From positions 2,398 through 66,397 of the forward strand of contig JBNKPU010000043.1 in assembly GCA_050295515.1 (NCBI GenBank): a DNA stretch of 64,000 nt. The letters run 5' to 3'. The notes under the pieces were generated by a model that was not told the origin of the DNA, did no database searches, and was given only the letters and a program-made list of their open reading frames with translations. How positions within the stretch are numbered: position 1 is the stretch's first letter; each line of letters begins with the position of its first letter. A program made the position numbers and the translations under genes. Positions 1 through 7,752 of the stretch are shown piece by piece. This DNA comes from Bacteroidales bacterium (lineage in GTDB: Bacteria > Bacteroidota > Bacteroidia > Bacteroidales > UBA10428).

Positions 1-2
1 AT

Positions 3-200
3 TTTGATTCTGATCATATTTATACTGAAAGTCTTAATATTCAAGACCCAACTATAGAAGAAAATCCTATTTCTTATCTGTTATCCGATTTCAGCTTTTC
101 TGAATTATCACCAGAGAAAAATGAAACCTATGAATTAATCTTTGCTCCTCCCCCATTAAAGCTTTATGTACTGAATAACTCTTTTATCTTTTACGGTTAA
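3..200 (+). CDS. 3' end of an unidentified CDS (partial, runs off the window start)
   Basis: Frame 3 is open from the window edge to TAA at 198-200 (...YELIFAPPPLKLYVLNNSFIFYG*). No motif recognised. Confidence 0.3.
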   Translation, partial: FDSDHIYTESLNIQDPTIEENPISYLLSDFSFSELSPEKNETYELIFAPPPLKLYVLNNSFIFYG

Positions 201-419
201 TTAACATGTCAGCAAGAAAATTGCATTTTATTCGCTATGGATTGTGCAAACGCTTCGCTAAGTTTTGAATAGACTTGTCTGAAACACACTCGTCCCGATG
301 TAAATCGGAACTGCTTTCAAGACTTTGAAATTCATGAAAATGAAGCTTTCTTGTCAGGCAACGTGCTTTCCTTGCACAAACAATAGTTTTAGTATTCCAC
401 TACCTTAAAATATAAAAAC

Positions 420-773
420 ATGAAATCCATATACAGTTTAATATTCTTGTTTGCAGCTTTGTTTAGCTTACAAGAAATCCAGGCACAAAAACCAAAAGTA
501 CTTACAGCAGAATTTAAAGTTCACGGAGTCTGTAACCAATGTAAAGCCAGAATTGAGAATGCTGCATACATCAAAGGAGTGAAACACTGCGAATGGAACA
601 AAGCAACAGAAACCATTACTGTTGATTATAAACCTGAAAAGGTGAGCCTCGATAAAATTCATGAAAGCATCGCCGAAGCTGGCCATGCAACCTCAGAGAA
701 AGAAGCCAGTATAGAAGCTTATGAAAAACTTCCCAAATGCTGCGCCTATAAAGATTCAGTACATAAGCATTAA
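420..773 (+). CDS. Secreted heavy-metal-associated (HMA) domain protein
   Basis: N-terminal signal peptide (MKSIYSLIFLFAALFSLQEIQAQ). Ferredoxin-like HMA fold signature with CxxC (VHGVCNQCKARIE). Cys/His-rich C-terminus (KCCAYKDSVHKH). Lies 12 nt upstream of the TonB receptor gene. Confidence 0.8.
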   Translation: MKSIYSLIFLFAALFSLQEIQAQKPKVLTAEFKVHGVCNQCKARIENAAYIKGVKHCEWNKATETITVDYKPEKVSLDKIHESIAEAGHATSEKEASIEAYEKLPKCCAYKDSVHKH

Positions 774-785
774 CAGGCTTTTGAA

Positions 786-3017
786 ATGATCTACAAATTA
801 AAGCTAATTTCTCTGCTTTTCATTATTCCGGTATGTATTATGGCGCAGAATACAACGGATATTATAACAGGAAAAGTAGTAGAAAAGGAACATGAACACC
901 TGAACCCTTTAATTGGGGTAAATGTATACTGGGCAGGTACAACAAATGGCACAGTAACCAACGAAAAAGGTGAGTTTTCTATTGAAACAAATTCAAGTAC
1001 AGATTTGCTTGTGTTTAGTTATGCTGGATATTCTTCTGATACAGTTTATGTAAACTCCGAAAAAATCCTGAATATTATTCTTGGTCAAGCAATTGGTTTA
1101 GAAGAAGTCAAGGTTGTCAGCCGAAAAAAGTCAATGGAGTTTTCCATGCTTAATCCAGTAAAGATTGAATCGGTTGGTGAAGGAGAACTAGAAAAAGCCG
1201 CCTGTTGTAACTTATCGGAAAGCTTTGAGACAAATCCATCTGTCGATGTTTCTTTTACTGATGCCATTACTGGCACTAAGCAGATTCAAATGTTAGGTCT
1301 TGCTGGCCCGTATACACAGATTACACGTGAGAATATGCCAGACATTCGTGGTTTATCGGCCATTTATGGAATGGAATATATTCCAGGTTCATGGATAGAG
1401 GGTATACAGCTTAACAAAGGTACAGGATCTGTAGTAAATGGATTTGAAAGTATAGCCGGGCAAATAAACATAGAGTTGAGAAAGCCTGAATCAGCAGACC
1501 GCGTTTACCTTAACCTTTTTGGGAACACTGAAAACCGTCTGGAGGGGAACCTCAACCTAGCACAAAAAGTAAATGAAAAATGGTCCACGGCAATTTTATT
1601 ACATGCAAGGAACCAACAAGTTGCGATGGATAACAATAATGATGGTTTTATGGATAAACCTGTCGGAAACCAATTTATTTTGCTTAATCGTTGGAAATAC
1701 CATGGCAGCAATGGATGGGAATCGCAGTTTGGGATTAAAGGTACCAACACCAATGCTGTTGGTGGACAGATGGAATACAAACCCAACGAAGTGCAAGGCC
1801 TTTGGGGCATGGAAATGAGCACACAAAGGCTGGAAACATTCTTGAAAGTCGGAAAAGTTTCAAAGAAAAAACCGTATCAAAGCCTGGGCATGCAATATTC
1901 AGGTATGGTACATAAGCAGGAATCGTTGTTTGGAAACAAATTATACCAGGCCGATCAGATTACTGGCTATGCCAATATTATTTTTCAGTCGGCCTTTGCC
2001 AATACCAGGAATAAATACAGGACCGGGACTAGCCTTCAATACGACAAAATAATTGAGAATTTAGATAGTAAAAGTTTTAACCGTGAAGAAGTTGTACCGG
2101 GTGTGTTCTTTGAATATACATACTCACCTAATCCAAAACTTGATGTTGTAGCAGGTATAAGAGGCGATCTACATAGTAATTTTGGTTTTTTTGCTACACC
2201 ACGCCTTCATGTCAGATATGCCCCTGCTGAAACAAGCATTATCCGCATATCGGCAGGAAGGGGGCAACGTACAGCTTCGATCCTGGCAGAAAACAGCTCT
2301 GTACTGGCATCTTCCAGATCAGTTTTAATATTGGGCAACAATACCGAAATCCCTTATGGGCTCGATGCAGAAAAAGCCTGGAATTTTGGGGCTAACTTTA
2401 CACAAAAATTCAGGTTAGATTACAGGCAGGGTGCTGTTAGCTTTGACATATATCATACAAGGTTCCAGAACCAGGTAGTAGTGGATTTGGACTATAATCC
2501 GCAAAGTGTATTGTTTTATAATCTTGAAGGAGAATCTTACTCAACAAGCTTCCAGGCACAAATAGATTATGAACTTATTAAAAGATTGGATGTACGTTTA
2601 GCCTACCGCTGGTATGATGTTCAAACAGAATATATGTCTGGTAAATTGAGCAAACCTCTTGTTTCAACAAACAGGGCTTTTGCCAATTTTGCCTACAATA
2701 CGCATAACCATTGGAAGTTTGATTATACCCTTCAATGGCATGGACCAAAACGCATCCCTTCAACGGCAAGTAACCCTGTTGAGTACCGATTAGATGAAGA
2801 ATCGCCGGCATTTTTTCTGATGAATGCACAAATGAGCAAAGAGTGGAACGAGAAGTTCGAAATCTACCTGGGTGCTGAAAACCTAACGGATTATAAGCAG
2901 AAAAATCCAATACTGGCCAATGATGATCCATTTGGCCAATATTTCGACAGTTCCCTAATCTGGGGACCCGTTTTTGGCAGGATGTTTTACGGAGGAATAA
3001 GGTTAAAGATTAAATAA
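786..3017 (+). CDS. TonB-dependent receptor (CarboxypepD_reg-like N-domain, plug, beta-barrel)
   Basis: 743 aa with a signal peptide. N-terminal ITGKVV...GVNVYW...TNEKGEFSI carboxypeptidase-regulatory-like domain, followed by plug-like and barrel-like sequence typical of Bacteroidota TBDRs. Confidence 0.9.
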   Translation: MIYKLKLISLLFIIPVCIMAQNTTDIITGKVVEKEHEHLNPLIGVNVYWAGTTNGTVTNEKGEFSIETNSSTDLLVFSYAGYSSDTVYVNSEKILNIILGQAIGLEEVKVVSRKKSMEFSMLNPVKIESVGEGELEKAACCNLSESFETNPSVDVSFTDAITGTKQIQMLGLAGPYTQITRENMPDIRGLSAIYGMEYIPGSWIEGIQLNKGTGSVVNGFESIAGQINIELRKPESADRVYLNLFGNTENRLEGNLNLAQKVNEKWSTAILLHARNQQVAMDNNNDGFMDKPVGNQFILLNRWKYHGSNGWESQFGIKGTNTNAVGGQMEYKPNEVQGLWGMEMSTQRLETFLKVGKVSKKKPYQSLGMQYSGMVHKQESLFGNKLYQADQITGYANIIFQSAFANTRNKYRTGTSLQYDKIIENLDSKSFNREEVVPGVFFEYTYSPNPKLDVVAGIRGDLHSNFGFFATPRLHVRYAPAETSIIRISAGRGQRTASILAENSSVLASSRSVLILGNNTEIPYGLDAEKAWNFGANFTQKFRLDYRQGAVSFDIYHTRFQNQVVVDLDYNPQSVLFYNLEGESYSTSFQAQIDYELIKRLDVRLAYRWYDVQTEYMSGKLSKPLVSTNRAFANFAYNTHNHWKFDYTLQWHGPKRIPSTASNPVEYRLDEESPAFFLMNAQMSKEWNEKFEIYLGAENLTDYKQKNPILANDDPFGQYFDSSLIWGPVFGRMFYGGIRLKIK

Positions 3018-3057
3018 AATTACTCACTTCTGAGAGCTTGCACACCTTGCAAATTCA

Positions 3058-3104
3058 AATTTATTCGCTTAAGGTCCAAGAGCTTCAAGCGAATAAATTT
3101 TTTA
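3058..3104 (+). terminator. Rho-independent terminator after the TonB receptor gene
   Basis: Stem aaatttattcgctt / aagcgaataaattt with a roughly 16-nt loop, followed by a T run. Confidence 0.6.
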
Positions 3105-3191
3105 TCATTTGTCCCTCGCGGTCACAATTGAGGATGTTGGACGAGTTCAGCGCAGCTAAACAGCAAGGTGCGGGTGGGTAATCTTAGAATA

Positions 3192-4415
3192 TTATTCCTT
3201 CAATGCTGCTTTATACCTTTCAAGTTCTTTTAGGTAGAAATCTTCACCTTCTCCTCCATTTTCTGTCGTAAGATTTAAGGCAATTTCCTGATATTTAATC
3301 GCTTCTTCCACTTCGCCCAGGTCGAATAATATGTGGGCATAAGTATCGTAAATATAATGGACATCGGGCAAGGCGTCAATGGTTGCTTTTGACCATTCTT
3401 TTACAAGTGACAGAGCAGCATTGTCATCAAAGGTTTTATAATTTTCATAAATAAACCAACAGATATTGTTTAGACTGTTAGGATCGGTATCTGTATTCAG
3501 GTACTTTTTTGCCATATCAATAAAAGCATCCCATTTTTCTTTGCTCTTTTTATCCTGGTAATACTCATTATAAACTTCATAAAATGCATTTTTAAGTTCC
3601 AGTTTTTTAAAAACCCCTGGATTGATCTCACGCATCATGCCATAAATTGAAGTATCGCCTCTATTCTTATACATATAATTTTCAAATCCATCAATAAGTT
3701 TGGCTTCTACTTCAGTATTACCGAACAATTCTTCATATTTCATATAATTATTAATGAAATACTGAAAACTGCCACTCTCTAGATTATGATTGAAATTCCT
3801 GAATACCTCCCAGACCTTCTCAGAATACATATCTTCCACGTTCTTGGTCATAAAATAGGCAGTTAATAACGAATCCTGATCCGGAGCTCTGTATAGTGCA
3901 TTAAAATAATTCGTCAATGTCTCTTCGCTTAAATCTCCTCCCTTTATTTTTTTTGAAACAACAAGAAAGTTCTTATCTGGATCAAGGGCAGTTATTCCGA
4001 GCTCTATGATATCTGCAGCATTACCACCGCCAACTCGTATGTGTACAATTTCTCCCTCTCCATTAACAAAAAGAAGTGTTGGAAAAGCAGAAACATTAAA
4101 TTTTTCGCGGATTTCGGTACCTTCACCTTTTTCCATATCGTACATGGTATTGATGAAGTTTTCATTATAGAATTTGGCAACATCCTCGTTAGGAAATACG
4201 TTCTTTTTTAGTGCTTTACATGGACCACACCAGACAGCATAGCAATCCATAAAGATTAATTTACCAGTCTCTTTAGATTCCTTTAAAGCCTCTTCAAAAT
4301 TAGAATAGTCTTTGAAAACAATCCCATGATCCTGGGCATAAGTAAAAGAGATACAAATAACAAATAGGACAAAAAGGGTTAATTTTTTCATGATTCCAAG
4401 TTTATTAATATTCAT
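3192..4415 (-). CDS. Thioredoxin-fold protein with helical-repeat C-terminal domain
   Basis: WCGPC active-site motif (DCYAVWCGPCKAL), a signal peptide, and a long helical TPR-like C-terminus. The likely true start is MKKLTLF at 4391. Confidence 0.85.
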   Translation of the reverse strand: MNINKLGIMKKLTLFVLFVICISFTYAQDHGIVFKDYSNFEEALKESKETGKLIFMDCYAVWCGPCKALKKNVFPNEDVAKFYNENFINTMYDMEKGEGTEIREKFNVSAFPTLLFVNGEGEIVHIRVGGGNAADIIELGITALDPDKNFLVVSKKIKGGDLSEETLTNYFNALYRAPDQDSLLTAYFMTKNVEDMYSEKVWEVFRNFNHNLESGSFQYFINNYMKYEELFGNTEVEAKLIDGFENYMYKNRGDTSIYGMMREINPGVFKKLELKNAFYEVYNEYYQDKKSKEKWDAFIDMAKKYLNTDTDPNSLNNICWFIYENYKTFDDNAALSLVKEWSKATIDALPDVHYIYDTYAHILFDLGEVEEAIKYQEIALNLTTENGGEGEDFYLKELERYKAALKE

Positions 4416-4723
4416 TGCTTAATATCTTCATTAAATAATTGTATCGCCAACGCTCCATAAGGGGGAGGTTTTTAAGATCCTGAATAGCTTTACTTTCAGA
4501 ATCCCCGTCTGAGCTGGAGTTTCGGCATTCAAAACTTCGACTTGGTAATTTCAGTTCACTTTGTTGCTGAATTTACTGTCTTACTGATTTAGCTACCAAA
4601 GTATTCAAATTATTTCAAACCTTGAAACGATCTTAAAGCGAATTCCGTTAAGAAAACATAATTAGTTGAGAAGAAGAATATTCACCGCATCAAGAACTTG
4701 GAAAAGAACAGGCTAAAACTGTG

Positions 4724-5293
4724 TTATGCAGAAGCCAGCGCAACGACAGATATTTTTGTTTTTGACTCATTCTTGATTGTACTGGCAAGCGACTCAATAG
4801 TAGCCCCTGTGGTTATGATATCATCCACAAGCAATATATGTTTAGCATCAAATTGCTCAGGCTTGGTACAACTAAAGATTCCTTCGGAGTTAAGCCATCT
4901 GCTATATCTTCCTTTTGAAGTCTGTGAACGGTTTTTCTTAAGTCTAACAACAGCATCGCTAATCACTGGTTTTTGTAAAGCTTTTCCAATGCCCTGTGCA
5001 ATCATTTCGCTTTGATTAAACCCTCTTGTAGCTTTTCGAAATGGATGCAAAGGAACAGGGACAATTGCATCAATCTCATTGTACACCGAGCATTTTAATT
5101 TATTGCCAAAAAGATATCCGATATGAAGACCAATCTCAGATTTGCCTTTATACTTTAAATGATGGATTAAATTTTGTGCAATGGCTCCTTTCTCGAAAAA
5201 TAAAAATGAAGCTGCTGCTTCAAGTTCAATCCTCCCCCAAAACATTTTTTCAACAGGATTATCAACCTTTTCCCAATAATTGGTTTCGGGCAA
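4724..5293 (-). CDS. comF: ComF-family phosphoribosyltransferase-domain protein (the N-terminus probably extends to about 5416, see findings)
   Basis: PRTase PRPP-binding loop (ILLVDDIITTGATI). The upstream in-frame sequence encodes the CxxC...CxxC zinc finger typical of ComF. The track start is a TTG. Confidence 0.8.
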   Translation of the reverse strand: MPETNYWEKVDNPVEKMFWGRIELEAAASFLFFEKGAIAQNLIHHLKYKGKSEIGLHIGYLFGNKLKCSVYNEIDAIVPVPLHPFRKATRGFNQSEMIAQGIGKALQKPVISDAVVRLKKNRSQTSKGRYSRWLNSEGIFSCTKPEQFDAKHILLVDDIITTGATIESLASTIKNESKTKISVVALASA

Positions 5294-5419
5294 GCTAACC
5301 TGACAAGTAGTACAAATAAATCTCTCATTTCCGGCAAGTGGTTCATTACAATGAATGCAAACTGCTGGAAAAAAGAGGTTTATGAAGGACTCTATATATT
5401 TTGAAAAGGATGAAATACT

Positions 5420-5833
5420 TTAGTTGATTTTTATTTCATAAGTAATTTCCATGGCTTTCTTGTACGAAGCACTCACACCACAATAATTTTCCTGGGAAAG
5501 CTCAATCGCTTTCTTAATTTTATCCATCGGAAGATCCTTGCCTTTAAAACTATAAATGATGTTCATTTTAGTGAATTGTTTCGGGTGTTCATCAGAAATG
5601 TCCCCTTCGACCTTTACATCAAAATCATCGAATTCAACCCTCATTTTTTTTAAAATTGAAACAACATCCATACCTGTACAACCAGCTAAAGCCATCATCA
5701 TAAGCGGCTTTGGACGTGGTCCTTTGCCCTCTCCACCAACTTCTTTTTTAGCATCAACAACTATTTTAACTCCATCTATCTCGCTTTCAAAGCTCATTCC
5801 ACCACTCCAGCTCACATTTATTGAATCTTTCAT
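5420..5833 (-). CDS. OsmC/Ohr-family peroxiredoxin-like protein
   Basis: 137 aa with OsmC-like pattern and two conserved Cys contexts (ALAGCTGMDV and ENYCGVSAS). Confidence 0.85.
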   Translation of the reverse strand: MKDSINVSWSGGMSFESEIDGVKIVVDAKKEVGGEGKGPRPKPLMMMALAGCTGMDVVSILKKMRVEFDDFDVKVEGDISDEHPKQFTKMNIIYSFKGKDLPMDKIKKAIELSQENYCGVSASYKKAMEITYEIKIN

Positions 5834-5916
5834 ACTATATATTTTTTTTCAGAATCTGATAAACAAATTCACAATCTAAATTAAACAGAAATTTTATCTT
5901 ATCAAGATATTATTAA

Positions 5917-6312
5917 TCAGCAACCACAGGCGATTTCATTTCCAATCTGTGGAGACTCCCCTTCAGTCGCATAACCATCTCTTTTCCACCAGTCTAGCCC
6001 ACCGATTAATTCTTTAACGTTAAAGCCCAGTTGAGCAAACTTTAAAGCCCCTTTTGTAGAGCCATTACAACCTATACCATCGCAATATGCTATATAGATT
6101 TTTGATTTGTCCAGGCTCTTGGCCTTTTCAGTATCAAGTTCACGATGGGGTATAGAAACTGCTCCTGGTATGTGTTCCTTGTTATAAGCTTCTGCTGACC
6201 GGACATCGACAAGTAGAATATTATTTCCAGGAGTTTGAATAATATCGAATAGATCTGCTGAATCAATTTCGAAATCCAACTTATGCTTGTAGAAACTTAT
6301 TTGGTTCATCAC
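5917..6312 (-). CDS. Rhodanese-like domain protein (sulfurtransferase)
   Basis: Rhodanese fold pattern (LVDVRSAEAY...HIPGAVSIP) with active-site loop YCDGIGCNGS. Confidence 0.85.
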   Translation of the reverse strand: MMNQISFYKHKLDFEIDSADLFDIIQTPGNNILLVDVRSAEAYNKEHIPGAVSIPHRELDTEKAKSLDKSKIYIAYCDGIGCNGSTKGALKFAQLGFNVKELIGGLDWWKRDGYATEGESPQIGNEIACGC

Positions 6313-6404
6313 TTAGTTTTTAATTCAAAACAAATTCCTTTGACAATGGTTTAATTTAGAAATACTATTTTTTTTTCTACTTTTATTTTTCAAAAGATAC
6401 TGCC

Positions 6405-7112
6405 ATGATGAAGCCCCCAGTTGAAAATCTGAATTTACGAGAATTCTTAGTTAAAAAAACTTTATTTAAACATTTAAACGATAGTGAATTAGATTTAATA
6501 CCACTAGAAGAAGGACCTGATATATATAAAAGAGGAGAAATTGTTTACGAAGAAGGATACAGAATAAACGGTTTCTATTGCCTTGTTCGTGGTATTATTA
6601 AAATATTCAAAACAGGATTTGATGGTAAAGACCAAATATTAAGATTTGCTAAACCCGGAGACATAATGGGCTTTAGGTCAACTATAACAGGAGAGTTGGC
6701 TTGTACAACCACAAAAGTTATTGAAGAAGCAGCCTTGTGTTTTATACCAGGAACTTTAGTAAAATCGTTCGTAAGATCAAATGGCGATTTTGCAATGGAT
6801 ATGCTCGAACTGGCATGTAATGAGCTTGGTGAAGCAAACGACTATATTACCGATATTGCACAAAAAACTGTCAGGGAGCGGCTGGCAGAAGTTTTAATCC
6901 ATTTGAAATGGAGCTTTAATCTTGATTCTGAAAATTTCCTTCAAATATCACTTACACGTGAAGAATTGGCAAATATTGTAGGAACAGCTACTGAATCAGT
7001 AATACGATTGCTTTCTGAATTTAAACAAGACAGGCTTATTGAGCTCCACGGCCGAAAAATCAAAATCCTGGATGAAACCAAGCTTATCAAAATAGGCAAT
7101 ATGCATTATTAG
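6405..7112 (+). CDS. Crp/Fnr-family transcriptional regulator (no Fe-S Cys cluster)
   Basis: cNMP-binding beta-roll plus a C-terminal HTH (ELANIVGTATESVIRLLSEF). Lacks an N-terminal Cys cluster. Confidence 0.9.
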   Translation: MMKPPVENLNLREFLVKKTLFKHLNDSELDLIPLEEGPDIYKRGEIVYEEGYRINGFYCLVRGIIKIFKTGFDGKDQILRFAKPGDIMGFRSTITGELACTTTKVIEEAALCFIPGTLVKSFVRSNGDFAMDMLELACNELGEANDYITDIAQKTVRERLAEVLIHLKWSFNLDSENFLQISLTREELANIVGTATESVIRLLSEFKQDRLIELHGRKIKILDETKLIKIGNMHY

Positions 7113-7161
7113 TTGATACAGCCCACAGGATTGGTACCAAATATGATAAAAATTGGATTGA

Positions 7162-7599
7162 ATGACTAAAACATTCAGATCATATGTACATGTAACAATA
7201 CAATTTGGTATAATTTTTTATTTTATTGTTAAAGGTCCTGTTTTTGCATCTGGGGTATTATTGGGTATTGAGTTAACAGGAATATTTCTTGGATTATGGG
7301 CTATTTGGGCAATGCGCCACTCCTATTTATCTATCTTTCCAGAACCTGCCCATGGTTTTAATTTAATAGAAAAGGGACCTTACTATTTAATCCGGCACCC
7401 TATGTATACAGCATTGTTCATTACCTTAATACCTCTGGTAATTGCAAATCCTGCCTGGGATAAACTAGCGGCTATTTTGTTTTTCATTGTTAACCAGGTC
7501 TTAAAACTGATCTACGAAGAACATTTAATACAAGAGCATGTACCGGATTATTCCGACTATATGAAAAGAACATGGAGGATACTCCCCTATGTCTTTTAA
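7162..7599 (+). CDS. Isoprenylcysteine carboxyl methyltransferase (ICMT)-family membrane methyltransferase
   Basis: Multi-TM protein with the GPYYLIRHPMYTA motif typical of the ICMT/PEMT family. Confidence 0.7.
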   Translation: MTKTFRSYVHVTIQFGIIFYFIVKGPVFASGVLLGIELTGIFLGLWAIWAMRHSYLSIFPEPAHGFNLIEKGPYYLIRHPMYTALFITLIPLVIANPAWDKLAAILFFIVNQVLKLIYEEHLIQEHVPDYSDYMKRTWRILPYVF

Positions 7600-7676
7600 A
7601 CAACATTTGAACACACATTAAATTACTGATTTCTAATTTATTTCTGACTTTATAATCGATATTCGAAATAGATTGC

Positions 7677-7684
7677 TACCTTTG
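7677..7684 (+). promoter_or_regulatory. Candidate Bacteroidota sigma-A -7 box (TACCTTTG) for the DEAD-box helicase
   Basis: Matches the TAnnTTTG consensus. It would give a roughly 115-nt leader before ATG 7804. Confidence 0.4.
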
Positions 7685-7752
7685 CGGCCTCGTAACGATC
7701 AGATATACTTATAATTCTGCATCAAATATTGGGATAATAATTTTAGGGTCCG

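Noticed and set aside
205-385. Shared short words (cttg-y-ctgaaa, gtgcaaac, ttccttgcac) between the 201-419 region, 3030-3060 and the 26.6-kb gap, hinting at a dispersed repeat.
   Set aside because: Only 7-12-nt words match, their order and orientation are inconsistent, and I could not build a convincing alignment by eye.
201-419. Possible cobalamin or other riboswitch upstream of the TonB-dependent receptor pair.
   Set aside because: I could not find a B12-box-like core or any other riboswitch consensus I know. Only short AT-rich hairpins are present, and these are reported separately at low interest.
468-686. Numerous 60-117-aa track ORFs lie antisense to, or embedded in, larger well-supported genes. 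Examples: 468..686, 1085..1276, 1505..1826, 2578..2931, 4698..5015, 5556..5879, 7887..8384, 12204..13407, 13661..13963, 14109..14330, 15141..15356, 15698..16047, 16458..16781, 17217..17408, 17775..17972, 18816..19142, 21879..22064, 22472..22681, 25455..25795, 34852..35175, 36187..36465, 38086..38301, 38929..39156, 40764..41390, 42639..42854, 44205..44889, 47579..47961, 49197..49537, 52032..52402, 52660..52845, 53884..54204, 54443..55732, 57461..59707, 61298..61570 and 62085..62318.
   Set aside because: Each overlaps a longer ORF that has clear family motifs. Their products are low-complexity or hydrophobic and contain no motif I recognise. Long spurious ORFs of this kind are expected in frames overlapping real genes.
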